Shown: positions 17,767 to 26,775 of the stretch, piece by piece
Layout: every line of letters begins with the position of its first letter
How positions within the stretch are numbered: position 1 is the first letter of the stretch
DNA from: a bacterium
Lineage (GTDB): Archaea; Thermoplasmatota; E2; JACPAO01; JAHFTW01
Direction: 5' to 3'
Assembly (NCBI GenBank): GCA_040390065.1
Contig: JAZJZE010000009.1
Coordinates: 520,556-584,555 of the forward strand
DNA length: 64,000 nucleotides
Made by a program: the position numbers and the translations under genes
Notes under the pieces: model-generated
The model's database searches: none
Told to the model about the DNA's origin: nothing
What the model saw: only the letters and a program-made list of their open reading frames with translations

Positions 17767-18792
17767 ATGGGCAGCGCGCTATATGGCGATGGAGGCGCTT
17801 CGTTCCAAGCGGTCCACCAGCGCATATGTATAGGCCCAGGGCCGGTGGGTTGCGTGGCCGAGGGTTCTCTTCTGGAGTTGCAGGGCTTGACGCGGCACTA
17901 CGGCGCCGTGCGTGGCGTCGGGCCCATCGACCTCGAACTGGCTCCGGGAATCCACGGCCTCTTGGGACCCAACGGCTCCGGCAAGACGACGCTCATCAAG
18001 ACCATCCTCGCGTTCCTGCCGCCGACGTCCGGCCGCTGCCGCGTCCTCGGGTTCGACATCGCGACCCAGGCGATGCAAGTCCGTCGCCTCGTCGGCTACA
18101 TGGCCGAGAACGACGTCGTCGTGCCCGGCCTGAACCCGGCGCAGACCGTCCGCCTCGCCGCCGAATTGTGCGGCATGTCGCCGGCCCGCGCCCACGAAGC
18201 CGCCGCCGAGGCACTCCAGGCCGTCGGGATGGGCGAGGAGCGCCTGCATGCCCCCAATCGCTTGTCGACCGGGCAGCGCCAGCAGGTCAAACTCGCAGCC
18301 GCACTGGTCCACGCCCCGCGGCTCCTCATCCTCGACGAGCCCACCAACGGCCTCGACGCGCGCGCCCGTCGTACCATGCTCGACCTCATCGCCGAAGTGT
18401 CGCGCGAGAAGGACATCTCCGTCATCCTGTCGACACACATCCTGCCTGACGTCCAAGCCGTCTGCCAGGACGCCGTCGTTCTGCGCGAGGGCCAGCTCGT
18501 CGCGGTCGAACCCGTGCAGGCGCGCCTGGTCGAGCGCCACGCCAACCGCACCTGGTTCGACGTGCAGGCGCTGGGCGGAGCCGATGACTTCCTCGACGCG
18601 TGCAAGGCGGCAGGCCTGACGGTGCGCGCCGGCCACGCCGGGCCACAGGTCGCAGCCAAGGACGCTTCGCAGCTTCTGCAACTGGCCACGAAGGCCGGAT
18701 GCGTCCTCAGCCGCGTCGTGCCGGCGACGGTCGGCGTGGAGGAAGCGGTCCTCGAACGGCTCGAGCCAGACCGCCTGGCGGTGCGCCCATGA
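17767..18792 (+). CDS. ABC transporter ATP-binding protein (ABC-2 type) 1
   Basis: Walker A GPNGSGKTT, signature LSTGQRQQVKLAAAL, Walker B LLILDEPTNGLD. GTG 17854 is an alternative start. Confidence 0.9.
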   Translation: MGSALYGDGGASFQAVHQRICIGPGPVGCVAEGSLLELQGLTRHYGAVRGVGPIDLELAPGIHGLLGPNGSGKTTLIKTILAFLPPTSGRCRVLGFDIATQAMQVRRLVGYMAENDVVVPGLNPAQTVRLAAELCGMSPARAHEAAAEALQAVGMGEERLHAPNRLSTGQRQQVKLAAALVHAPRLLILDEPTNGLDARARRTMLDLIAEVSREKDISVILSTHILPDVQAVCQDAVVLREGQLVAVEPVQARLVERHANRTWFDVQALGGADDFLDACKAAGLTVRAGHAGPQVAAKDASQLLQLATKAGCVLSRVVPATVGVEEAVLERLEPDRLAVRP

Positions 18793-19739
18793 AGACGCAA
18801 GTCGAGACACGCCGCCTGCGGACGTGGGAGGCCGACGCCGGCTACGTCCCGCAACGGGCGTGGCGCGTCATCATGAAGTACGGCTACCTGCGCATGGCGC
18901 GCACCTGGTTTCTTGCGACCCTCGGCATCGGCATCGTCATCACCGAAGTCCTCCTTCTTGCCGGCTTGTCGCGCAGCATGGTCTCGGCGACCACCGCACC
19001 AGACCCGGGCACCATCCTTGCCACGGTCTTCTTCTTCCTCGCCGTCGCCGTCGTCGCCCTGATCCTGGTCGGCGCGCCCCTGTTTGCCGATGACTTGCGC
19101 TTCAACGCGCCGCTCTTCTACTTCAGCCGGCCGCTTCGCCCAGACGACTACCTGCGCGGCAAGGCAATGCAGATGGTCAGCCTGCTCGCGGCCTTGGCGC
19201 TCCTTCCCACATTGGCGCTCATGGTTCTCGGCATGCTCCTCGGAAGCACAGCCGGGACGCCGACGGACTTTGCTGGCAACCCTCTTGCGGGCGATGCTCT
19301 TGCTGCCTACAACGCGACGCACCTCACGGGATTTGCCGACTGGCTGTACGCCACCGCCGTCGTGGGCGCCGGCGTCGCGGTCGTCCTCGCGTTTGGCATC
19401 GCCGTGACCCTATGCGCGTCGGCCTACACGCGCCGCGGCTGGCACGCGGGACTGGCCGCCTTTGGATTCCTCGGCGCCTGGAGCGTCATCGGCGCCATGG
19501 CCAAATTCGGCGCGAAGGGCGCATACGAGAGCCTGTTCGGCCCCTTCGGCTGGATCGGCCTCGTGCTCGAGCGGCCCATGACGATGCGCTTCCACAGCTC
19601 GTCGCCCAATCCTGCCGACGCCGTACCGGAAGGATCCGGATTCGCCGTCGCCATCGCCTACGGTCTGCTGTTGGCAACGACCCTCATGCTGCTTGGCGCC
19701 ACCGTGCGCCGCATCCGCCGCGTGGAGGCCATCCTGTGA
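18789..19739 (+). CDS. ABC-2 type transporter permease 1
   Basis: In frame with ORF 18600..19739. ATG 18789 overlaps the ATPase stop (ATGA). Multi-TM protein (WFLATLGIGIVITEVLLLAGL...). Confidence 0.75.
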   Translation: MKTQVETRRLRTWEADAGYVPQRAWRVIMKYGYLRMARTWFLATLGIGIVITEVLLLAGLSRSMVSATTAPDPGTILATVFFFLAVAVVALILVGAPLFADDLRFNAPLFYFSRPLRPDDYLRGKAMQMVSLLAALALLPTLALMVLGMLLGSTAGTPTDFAGNPLAGDALAAYNATHLTGFADWLYATAVVGAGVAVVLAFGIAVTLCASAYTRRGWHAGLAAFGFLGAWSVIGAMAKFGAKGAYESLFGPFGWIGLVLERPMTMRFHSSSPNPADAVPEGSGFAVAIAYGLLLATTLMLLGATVRRIRRVEAIL

Positions 19740-20659
19740 ACGCCAAGCCCCTGGCATTCCAGGACGTCACCTGCCGCTTCGGCGACGTGGTCGCCTTGAA
19801 CCGCGTCACCTTGGAGCTCGACCCAGGCGTCACCGCGCTGGTGGGCCCGAACGGCGCCGGCAAGTCGAGTTTCATGAAGGCGGCCACCGGTCACGTGCAA
19901 CCCGTCCTGGGCGCCGTCACCGCGTTTGGCCAACCCGTCTGGGACAACCCGGCCGCAATCGGGCGCATGGGATTCGTGCCGGAGCAAGACGCATTCTACG
20001 AACGCATGACCGGACCGGAATTCGTCGCCAGCCTCGCTATGCTGTCCGGCATGTCCAGTGGCGCCGCCCGCCAAGCCGCCGAAGCGGAACTGACGGCGCT
20101 TGGGCTCGTCGACGGCTGGGAGCGCCCCATCAAGACGTACTCCAAGGGCATGCGGCAACGCGTCAAGCTCGCGCAGGCCCTGGTGCACGGCCCGGACCTC
20201 CTGTTCCTGGACGAACCGCTTCTCGGCTGTGACCCCATCGCGCGCCGGCGCATCCAGGACCGCGTGCAGAGTCTTGCCAACGAAGGCTGCACCATCCTCA
20301 TGGCCAGCCACATCCTGCCCGAAGTCGAACGCCTCACGCGCCGCATCGCCGTGCTTGCGGCCGGCCGCCTCGTCGCGCAAGGCGACGCAGGACAAGTCCG
20401 GGACGCGCTGACACAGATCCCAAGCCGCGTGCGCATCCAGACCTCGGCGCCACGCGTCGTCGCAGCGGACCTGTCGTCGTGGGACGACGTGCAGTCCGTA
20501 CGCATCCACCGCGGCGCCGTCGAACTCGAAACGTCGCGCCTCAAGGCAACGCTGGAGCGCCTGCACGGCGAACGCGGCAAGGCGTGGGGCCTGCAGGGCA
20601 TCGAGACCATGGACGCCGACCTCGACAGCCTGTTCGGCTACCTGGCGGAGGGGACCTGA
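19736..20659 (+). CDS. ABC transporter ATP-binding protein (ABC-2 type) 2
   Basis: In frame with ORF 19412..20659. GTG 19736 overlaps the permease stop (GTGA). Walker A GPNGAGKSS, signature YSKGMRQRVKLAQAL, Walker B LLFLDEP. Confidence 0.9.
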   Translation: MNAKPLAFQDVTCRFGDVVALNRVTLELDPGVTALVGPNGAGKSSFMKAATGHVQPVLGAVTAFGQPVWDNPAAIGRMGFVPEQDAFYERMTGPEFVASLAMLSGMSSGAARQAAEAELTALGLVDGWERPIKTYSKGMRQRVKLAQALVHGPDLLFLDEPLLGCDPIARRRIQDRVQSLANEGCTILMASHILPEVERLTRRIAVLAAGRLVAQGDAGQVRDALTQIPSRVRIQTSAPRVVAADLSSWDDVQSVRIHRGAVELETSRLKATLERLHGERGKAWGLQGIETMDADLDSLFGYLAEGT

Positions 20660-21546
20660 TGGCTGGCACGACCTCCAAGGCGGGTTTCCTCGCCGGCATC
20701 TTCCACCCCGAACTCGTGCGCTTCAGCTTCCGCGCCTTGCGGCAGAACCGCAAGTTCCTCTTCGCACTGCTTGCGAGCCTCGTGCCACTGGTCATCGGCA
20801 TCGTGATGTTCGCCAACGAGGCGTCAACGCAGAACAAGCCCGGCAGCGTCTTCCTGCCACAGTACACCGGCGTCGTCGGCGGCCTCATCCTCACTGGCAC
20901 CGTGCCCTTCGTCGCCCTCCTGCTTGCCGGCGGCATGCTCGCCGACGAGGTCGAGGACCGGACGCTCACGTATCTCCTGGTCCGGCCGATTCCGCGCCGC
21001 GTGCTGTACGCCTCCAAGGCGCTGCCCGTCATCCTGACGGCCGCCGCCCTCGGCGCCGTGCAGGCACTGCTCTTCGGGTTGTGCCGGCTCGCAGCGGCGC
21101 TGACGTGGGGCATGCACACGCAGATCCCCTACAAGCTGGCAGTACCCGTGCCGGATCCGCCGACCATCGGGGCGCCGCTCCTGGTCTTGCAGGTCATCCC
21201 CGTGGCCATGGTCGCCGCGGCGCTGGTTGCGGCCCTCTTCGCGGCGCTCTTCGGGCTCGTGAGCCTTCTCACGACCCGCTTCCACTTCCTTGCCAACCTG
21301 ATCATCTTCCTGGCATGGGAAGTCCCCTTCGGACACCTCGGCGGCGCCTCGAGCTACCTCACCATCACGTACTGGGGCCTCTCCATCGCGGGCTCCCTGG
21401 ACCCGACCATCGGCGGCATGACGTCCGCGGACGCCAACGTATTCGTCGCCGTCGGCTGGATGCTCCTGTGGACCGGAATCTGGGTATGGGTCGGAATGAA
21501 ACGGATTCCCAAGCGGAACTTCAACATCACGTCCGCCGCGACGTGA
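20659..21546 (+). CDS. ABC-2 type transporter permease 2
   Basis: In frame with ORF 20479..21546. ATG 20659 shares a base with the upstream stop. Multi-TM protein containing EDRTLTYLLVRPIPRR. Confidence 0.75.
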   Translation: MAGTTSKAGFLAGIFHPELVRFSFRALRQNRKFLFALLASLVPLVIGIVMFANEASTQNKPGSVFLPQYTGVVGGLILTGTVPFVALLLAGGMLADEVEDRTLTYLLVRPIPRRVLYASKALPVILTAAALGAVQALLFGLCRLAAALTWGMHTQIPYKLAVPVPDPPTIGAPLLVLQVIPVAMVAAALVAALFAALFGLVSLLTTRFHFLANLIIFLAWEVPFGHLGGASSYLTITYWGLSIAGSLDPTIGGMTSADANVFVAVGWMLLWTGIWVWVGMKRIPKRNFNITSAAT

Positions 21547-21672
21547 CGGGTTCGCGAGGCTCACCCGTCATGTCGTTCGCACACGGATGCCCACGCTGGG
21601 GCCTTCCCGGCCCCAGACCCCTGGGCGGAGACGGCGGCCGGTCGGCATCGCGCCACAACATCGCTGCGCCGC

Positions 21673-21698
21673 ATGCTGGCCGGCAAGCCGGCCAGCAT
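21673..21698. terminator. Perfect 12-bp palindrome ATGCTGGCCGGC-AA-GCCGGCCAGCAT
   Basis: Read directly from the sequence. It lies in the convergent intergenic region 127 nt after the ABC-2 permease stop. Function as a terminator is speculative. Confidence 0.3.
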
Positions 21699-21830
21699 AC
21701 GTGACTGGCGAACCGTCGCTGCGCTCCGGTTCACCAGCGCTCGCTGAGGATGCTCGGCTGCTACCCTCCGGGTCCGCGTTGACAAGCCGGCCGCCGAGGC
21801 CAGCCGCGCAGGGAGGTCATCACGCGTTCT

Positions 21831-21857
21831 GTTCCATCTGTTTCATCTGTTGACCAG
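21831..21857 (+). repeat. 9-bp-phased array GTTCCATCT GTTTCATCT GTTGACCAG
   Basis: Read directly from the sequence. It lies in the 322-bp convergent gap between the ABC-2 permease gene and pyrF. It shares ATCTGTTGACCAG with 45143-45170. Confidence 0.7.
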
Positions 21858-21868
21858 TCGTCGGCGCG

Positions 21869-22729
21869 TCACCGAAACGGCATCTCGGCCGCCAACTTGT
21901 GCGCCGCCGTCTGCACCTGCTTGCGCCAGTCGGGACCCTTGCCGGCTTGCAGGATGGTGCGGCCGACGTTGACGACCGCGAACCGGCCCTTGCCGTCGCC
22001 GCCTTTCTCGAGGCTCGTCTTGGCATCGCCGCCCTGGGCGCCGACTCCAGGAATCAGGAGCGGGACGCCGTCGCCGCAGATGCCGCGCAGTTGAGCAAGC
22101 TCGTCGGGATAGGTCGCGCCGGCGACGAGTCCGAGGTTGTGGAATTCGCGGTCCCACTCCATTGCCTTGCGCGCGACGGCCTGGTAGAGCGGCATGCCGT
22201 CAACCTTCAGGTCTTGGAAGTCGCCGGCCGACGCGTTGGAGGTGCGCGCCAGGAGAAAGACGCCCTTGTCGGCGTAGCGGGCAAACGGCTCCACCGTATC
22301 GCGGCCGAGGTAGGGCGTCACCGTCACGGCGTCGGCGCCGAGTCCGTCGAATGCTGCCTCTGCGTACTTCGTCGCCGTGTTGCCGATGTCGTTGCGCTTG
22401 CCGTCGAGGATGACGGGGAGTCCCGGCGGCATGGATTCGATGAGGCCGTGCAGCGCGTCGTGGCCGATATCTCCGAGGGCTTCAAAGAAGGCCGCGTTGG
22501 GCTTGACGCAGCAGGCGACGTCGGCGACGGCCTCGACGACGGAGTGGCAGAACTCCAGAGTGTCCTCCTCGTGCAACTCCTCGGGGAAGTGCTGCGGGTC
22601 AGGGTCGATGCCGACGCAGAGCCACGAGTTGGCCCGTTTCGCGGATGCGACGAGACGCTCGCGGAAAGACTCGGCCACCACGATTGGCGATGCTGTGGCC
22701 TGCCTAAGGGGTTTGGGGACCGCCGCCAC
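21869..22729 (-). CDS. pyrF: Orotidine 5'-phosphate decarboxylase (type 2)
   Basis: ORF of 286 aa with LCVGIDPD, CCVKPNAAFFE, VILDGKRNDIGNTA, DAVTVTPYLG and LIPGVGAQGG. GTG 22681 is an alternative start that avoids overlapping the upstream gene. Confidence 0.9.
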   Translation of the reverse strand: MAAVPKPLRQATASPIVVAESFRERLVASAKRANSWLCVGIDPDPQHFPEELHEEDTLEFCHSVVEAVADVACCVKPNAAFFEALGDIGHDALHGLIESMPPGLPVILDGKRNDIGNTATKYAEAAFDGLGADAVTVTPYLGRDTVEPFARYADKGVFLLARTSNASAGDFQDLKVDGMPLYQAVARKAMEWDREFHNLGLVAGATYPDELAQLRGICGDGVPLLIPGVGAQGGDAKTSLEKGGDGKGRFAVVNVGRTILQAGKGPDWRKQVQTAAHKLAAEMPFR

Positions 22730-23798
22730 GCGGCCAAACGGCGGCGGCCCAGGTGGCGTCCGGGCTCGGCGACGCCACCGAAGTCACGAACCGGCCTTCG
22801 GTCCCTCGTGTCGAAGGCGGAGGGAAGCCAAGGAAACAGAGGGCGCCTTCCACAGTGGGGGTCAGTGCAGGTGGACAGGCGCACAGGGACCGAGAGGATG
22901 AGATGTACAGAGGATTGTTGACGTCGCGAAACTCGGCGTCGAACGTCATGAAGGGCTGGAGGCTCGAGGCAAAATGATGCAAGCCGTCGTCCATGGTCGC
23001 GTTGTAGGGATGCATCCGGCCCATTTCCCAATGCGCCATGCCGGGGTACGGCCTCGGGTCCCGGATGGCGATGCCGGTGGGCGACGCCAACGAGAAGTAC
23101 GGAGTGGCACTGTGGCTCACGCGCATGACGGCCCGGAAGGTCAAGTCCTCCGGATTAGGAGCCGGGCCCCCGTCGCCCACTTTACCGACGGTCCAGACCG
23201 GAGCAACATCGTCGATGGTCCAGTTGTCACTGGCCGCATGGAAACCTCCCGACGGCTCCGCCTGAGCAGGAGTCCAATTCGCCGGATACAGGACCCCGAG
23301 GAGCCACGGATTTGGGTCAGTCAGATCGACGGGAAACCTCACGAAGCCAGCAGACGGGCCCGTCCATGTGAAGAAAACCGAGGCGTTCTCCGTGCGAAGC
23401 TGCACGGCGCCGCGGACCTCATCGTGCGTCAGCCGCGTAGCGTTGTACAGCACTCCAATCTGGTGACCCAACAGATCCGGCGGCTCGTCGGGCCGGACGG
23501 GCGTTCGACCGTAATACGTGTACCAATCGGGAAAATCGGCCCCGACGGGGAGGCGTTGATCGTCGAACGTTAGGCAGGACCAATCCAGGGGTGGATGCGC
23601 CTCGACGAGAACGTCTACGATGGAGTGCGGCCGTGGTTCGCAAGTGACGTTGGTCCCGCCGGGCAAGGACGGGCATCCAACGTATGCCGCCATCGGCTGA
23701 ACATTGCCCAAGGGGGGCGATGACTGTTGGGGCGTACCGGTACAGCCGCAAACGACGACAGCGACGGAGAGGACGACGCCCAACCGGCCCGCACGCAT
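22704..23798 (-). CDS. Hypothetical lipoprotein
   Basis: Within ORF 22704..23987. ATG 23798 gives MRAGRLGVVLSVAVVVCGCTGTP. TTTAAG (23823-23828, minus sense CTTAAA) lies about 27 nt upstream. Confidence 0.65.
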   Translation of the reverse strand: MRAGRLGVVLSVAVVVCGCTGTPQQSSPPLGNVQPMAAYVGCPSLPGGTNVTCEPRPHSIVDVLVEAHPPLDWSCLTFDDQRLPVGADFPDWYTYYGRTPVRPDEPPDLLGHQIGVLYNATRLTHDEVRGAVQLRTENASVFFTWTGPSAGFVRFPVDLTDPNPWLLGVLYPANWTPAQAEPSGGFHAASDNWTIDDVAPVWTVGKVGDGGPAPNPEDLTFRAVMRVSHSATPYFSLASPTGIAIRDPRPYPGMAHWEMGRMHPYNATMDDGLHHFASSLQPFMTFDAEFRDVNNPLYISSSRSLCACPPALTPTVEGALCFLGFPPPSTRGTEGRFVTSVASPSPDATWAAAVWPRGGGPQTP

Positions 23799-23822
23799 GC
23801 GGCCTGGATTTGGCCGCGCCTG

Positions 23823-23828
23823 TTTAAG
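23823..23828 (-). promoter_or_regulatory. TATA-like box for lipoprotein gene 22704..23798
   Basis: CTTAAA (minus sense) is centred about 27 nt upstream of ATG 23798. Confidence 0.35.
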
Positions 23829-23935
23829 GGAATTGGCCAAGCCGTGCGAATAGGTGGCGAAGACAACAGGTGGCGGGAGCCCACGTCGGCCCGGGCGGCC
23901 GCCACGGGCAGGATTATGTTCTGTCCGGCCGTCGA

Positions 23936-24553
23936 ATGGCCATGGCCCCGGACCTGGCGTTCCATCCCCTTCGGGAACACCAGGCATCTCCCGCGCGGCT
24001 GGCGGAACTCCTCACGGAGGCGAAGGCCGTCCTGTTGGACCGAGGCATGGCCGACATGGAGGAATACGGGGACATGCTCAAGTGGGGCCTGCCGCGCTGC
24101 GACGGCAAGTGCCGCAGCATGCACGTCTACCACCCCGATTGGTGCAGTTTCAGCGACCGGTTCCGCGGCACCATCCACTACCACGGCGGCGCCATCCGCG
24201 GCACGCTGCTTCTCGGCGGCTTCGAGCACTCCATCTACGAGGCGACGCGCGACCCGCAGGGCGACCGCTTCCACAACGGCGAGGCCTACCGCCTCACCAG
24301 GCACACCCGATTGCAGAGCGCCGGCACGACGTACGACTTGCCCGCGATGGTACCGCACTGGCTGAAGCCGACTCGGCTCACCCTGACCAACTTCGAGGAA
24401 GACGACAACGGCCTCATGGGCGACCTCGTCAATCCAGCCGCAGACGTCGACATCGACGAGCACCGGTGGACGCAGGCGCAGGCGGATGCGTTGCTGCCCG
24501 TGCTGCTCGAGTTCATCGATGCGAAGCTGGCCGAATTGACCGTCCTGGCTTGA
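23936..24553 (+). CDS. Hypothetical protein, possibly cupin-like
   Basis: Within ORF 23870..24553. ATG 23936 is preferred because GATTATG lies about 21 nt upstream. GTIHYHGGAIRGTLLLGGFEH is a His-rich beta motif. No family confidently recognised. Confidence 0.55.
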   Translation: MAMAPDLAFHPLREHQASPARLAELLTEAKAVLLDRGMADMEEYGDMLKWGLPRCDGKCRSMHVYHPDWCSFSDRFRGTIHYHGGAIRGTLLLGGFEHSIYEATRDPQGDRFHNGEAYRLTRHTRLQSAGTTYDLPAMVPHWLKPTRLTLTNFEEDDNGLMGDLVNPAADVDIDEHRWTQAQADALLPVLLEFIDAKLAELTVLA

Positions 24554-24664
24554 GGCGGCCCGGACAGGCCCCTCGGCGCCCGGAGGCGACGAGGGGCACA
24601 TCTTGGCCGTCGAAGCGGAGCGTCCGCGACGCTGAGACGGCGTAAGTGTGAATCGCGAAGCGAT

Positions 24665-25048
24665 TCACATCTTCGTGATCATCTGGCGGCCCATCGCCAC
24701 GATGTAGGAGACGTCGGCGCCGGCCACGAGGCCTTCGGCGAACTCCTCGGGGACCTGGATGTCGAAGGTCTCGAAGGATTCCTTGTCCATGAGTTGCGCC
24801 GTGCCGGCGTGGAACGAGAGAAGCTGCGCCTGGCGGCGGTCGACGATGGGGACCCAGACCTTGTCCGAGACGGTGCCCAGCAGGGTGCGCTTGGCGTTGG
24901 TGAAGATGCTGCGGGCCTCGATGCGGGCCTTCGAGGCGCCGTGCTTGCCCGGCTTGGACTTCTCGATGGAGTCGATCTTGCACGGCTCGTCGTCGATCAA
25001 CACGAAGCGGCCTTCCTTCAGTTCGCGGATCTCCGCCTGTTCCTTCAT
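24665..25048 (-). CDS. eif5a: Translation initiation factor 5A (aIF5A)
   Basis: Within ORF 24665..25069. Hypusination loop SKPGKHGASKARI and FVLIDDEPCKI. ATG 25048 (MKEQAEIRELKEG) gives the canonical length. Confidence 0.93.
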   Translation of the reverse strand: MKEQAEIRELKEGRFVLIDDEPCKIDSIEKSKPGKHGASKARIEARSIFTNAKRTLLGTVSDKVWVPIVDRRQAQLLSFHAGTAQLMDKESFETFDIQVPEEFAEGLVAGADVSYIVAMGRQMITKM

Positions 25049-25098
25049 ACGGCTCCTCGGGCCGGGCACAGTTGGGGGTTGATAAAGGGTTTCGAGGG

Positions 25099-26175
25099 CT
25101 ACGCCGGCTGGACGCCGTTCGTGGCCGGCGTAAAGGTCGTGCCGAAGAGCAGTGGGGAGGGGTAAGGATGCGCCGGCGCCGACCAGTCGTATTGGAAGGA
25201 CCAGGGTCCAAATTGTCGAGAGAACTCCAGCTCGATGATGCCGGGCGGAGCGACGGTCTCCACGGTTCCATCCGGGCGGACATATCTTGCATGGCCGTCC
25301 GTGGCGTTTTCCAAGCCGGTTCCTTGCGGGCCCACCGAGGAAAACGGCAGGAAGCCAAGGACGAGGGTTTTCCCGTCAATTCCCAGCGAGCGGTCGAGTT
25401 GCACCATGGCGCTGGCCTGCACATCGTAGCCGGCCGATGCGGCGCCGACTTGAGCACCCTGCTGGGCATCGCTTCGTTTCGCAAGAAAGACTCCCTCCGC
25501 GTCGCCGTAAGAAACCGACAAGGCAGTGTTGTTCCAGTGGCCCTGCAGGGTTGGGGGGGCCGCAAGCTCCGTGGACAGCAGCATGAAGATGTGCCCAAAT
25601 GCGTCTGGGCCGCACATGCGTTGCGCCGCTTTCCATCCCTCGCGGGTTACGTCAACAACGAGGGATATCCTGCTTCCGTCGGTCCCCTGGAGGATGCCCA
25701 TGTCAGGCCCGGGTCCTGTGGCGTTGGCTTGCTTGGCGCCTGCCCCGACCCAGACGGCGGTCATCGGTGGCGCTCCAGTCGTGAGCTCGGACATCATGCC
25801 CCAACAGTCGCGCCATTCCGCTCCTTGCAACCTGGGCCCGCCAAATCCCACCGTAAAAATCTGGTTGGTCGTGGACTTCGGGGGCATCGTCCAATTGACC
25901 CACAACCGCAGGTCGCCATCCATATGGTCCCCTCCGGCGGGAAACGAAATGTCAATCCAAACCAATCCCGGAACGGTTCGGCGCAGGGTTCCGCTGGTGG
26001 GAATGAGTTGCGGCGTATCGTGTCCCTGATTGGTCCCCGCGACCACTTGGGTTGCCGGCGCCCTGGAGGAGTCGGATTCTGGCGGGAGGCTCGCTTCATT
26101 GGTAGGCCGGTGGGCGCTGCAGCCTGCCAGCACGAAACCAAGGAAGAGGAGGGGGAGGAGCAGCCGGCCTAGCAT
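25099..26175 (-). CDS. Hypothetical lipoprotein
   Basis: ORF of 358 aa with MLGRLLLPLLFLGFVLAGCSA (signal plus lipobox). No family recognised. Confidence 0.65.
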   Translation of the reverse strand: MLGRLLLPLLFLGFVLAGCSAHRPTNEASLPPESDSSRAPATQVVAGTNQGHDTPQLIPTSGTLRRTVPGLVWIDISFPAGGDHMDGDLRLWVNWTMPPKSTTNQIFTVGFGGPRLQGAEWRDCWGMMSELTTGAPPMTAVWVGAGAKQANATGPGPDMGILQGTDGSRISLVVDVTREGWKAAQRMCGPDAFGHIFMLLSTELAAPPTLQGHWNNTALSVSYGDAEGVFLAKRSDAQQGAQVGAASAGYDVQASAMVQLDRSLGIDGKTLVLGFLPFSSVGPQGTGLENATDGHARYVRPDGTVETVAPPGIIELEFSRQFGPWSFQYDWSAPAHPYPSPLLFGTTFTPATNGVQPA

Positions 26176-26621
26176 GTTGCCGTGGCCGTCTGTTCGGCGC
26201 CGTCGGAGGGATCAACCACAAGGTGGAAGTGGCCGATGATTGAGGCATAGGCCGTAATGGACTCCCCCGTGTTCATGAGGTGGCTTGCGGCGCCGTCCTG
26301 GTGCGTGCCAGGGTCGATTGCGCCCGGTACGTTGACGCCCGTTGTGTGGGTGTAGTATGAGACGCCGTATTCGTAGTCATAATCGGCGAGGGTCGACGAG
26401 CCACTGACGCTTGTGAACCACTCGGCGCTGCAACCGCTTCCGTAGGGGTGCAGGATGACCCAGGCAACGGCAGTGGTGGTGATGCACTGGGCAGGAGGAG
26501 TGCCGTAGAGAGTCTGGCAGATAGTGGCTGCGTCCGGCGTCCCGGACACCGGCAGCGCCGTCAATACGAGCATTCCCATTGCAATCAAGCCGAACATCCT
26601 GGGCATAGAGTTGTTGGTCAT
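26169..26621 (-). CDS. Hypothetical small secreted protein
   Basis: Within ORF 26169..26714. ATG 26621 gives MTNNSMPRMFGLIAMGMLVLTALPVSG (signal peptide). The upstream part of the ORF reads through a C12 homopolymer. Confidence 0.55.
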   Translation of the reverse strand: MTNNSMPRMFGLIAMGMLVLTALPVSGTPDAATICQTLYGTPPAQCITTTAVAWVILHPYGSGCSAEWFTSVSGSSTLADYDYEYGVSYYTHTTGVNVPGAIDPGTHQDGAASHLMNTGESITAYASIIGHFHLVVDPSDGAEQTATATC

Positions 26622-26665
26622 TGCGTTTGTCCTGACCCCACCGTGAGGCCAAACGCTGCCAAGGC

Positions 26666-26677
26666 GGGGGGGGGGGG
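26666..26677. repeat. G12 (C12 on the coding strand) homopolymer
   Basis: Counted in the sequence. It sits between an ATAGATA TATA-like element (minus sense, about 26679-26686) and the ATG at 26621. Confidence 0.9.
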
Positions 26678-26775
26678 TATCTATCTGCCGGCGAGATGAC
26701 TGGAACGATTCCAACAGCAGGCCGCCTCCCGACCGATTCGAGAACGCTTATCCTCCGCCGCCCAGGTGGTCGCCT

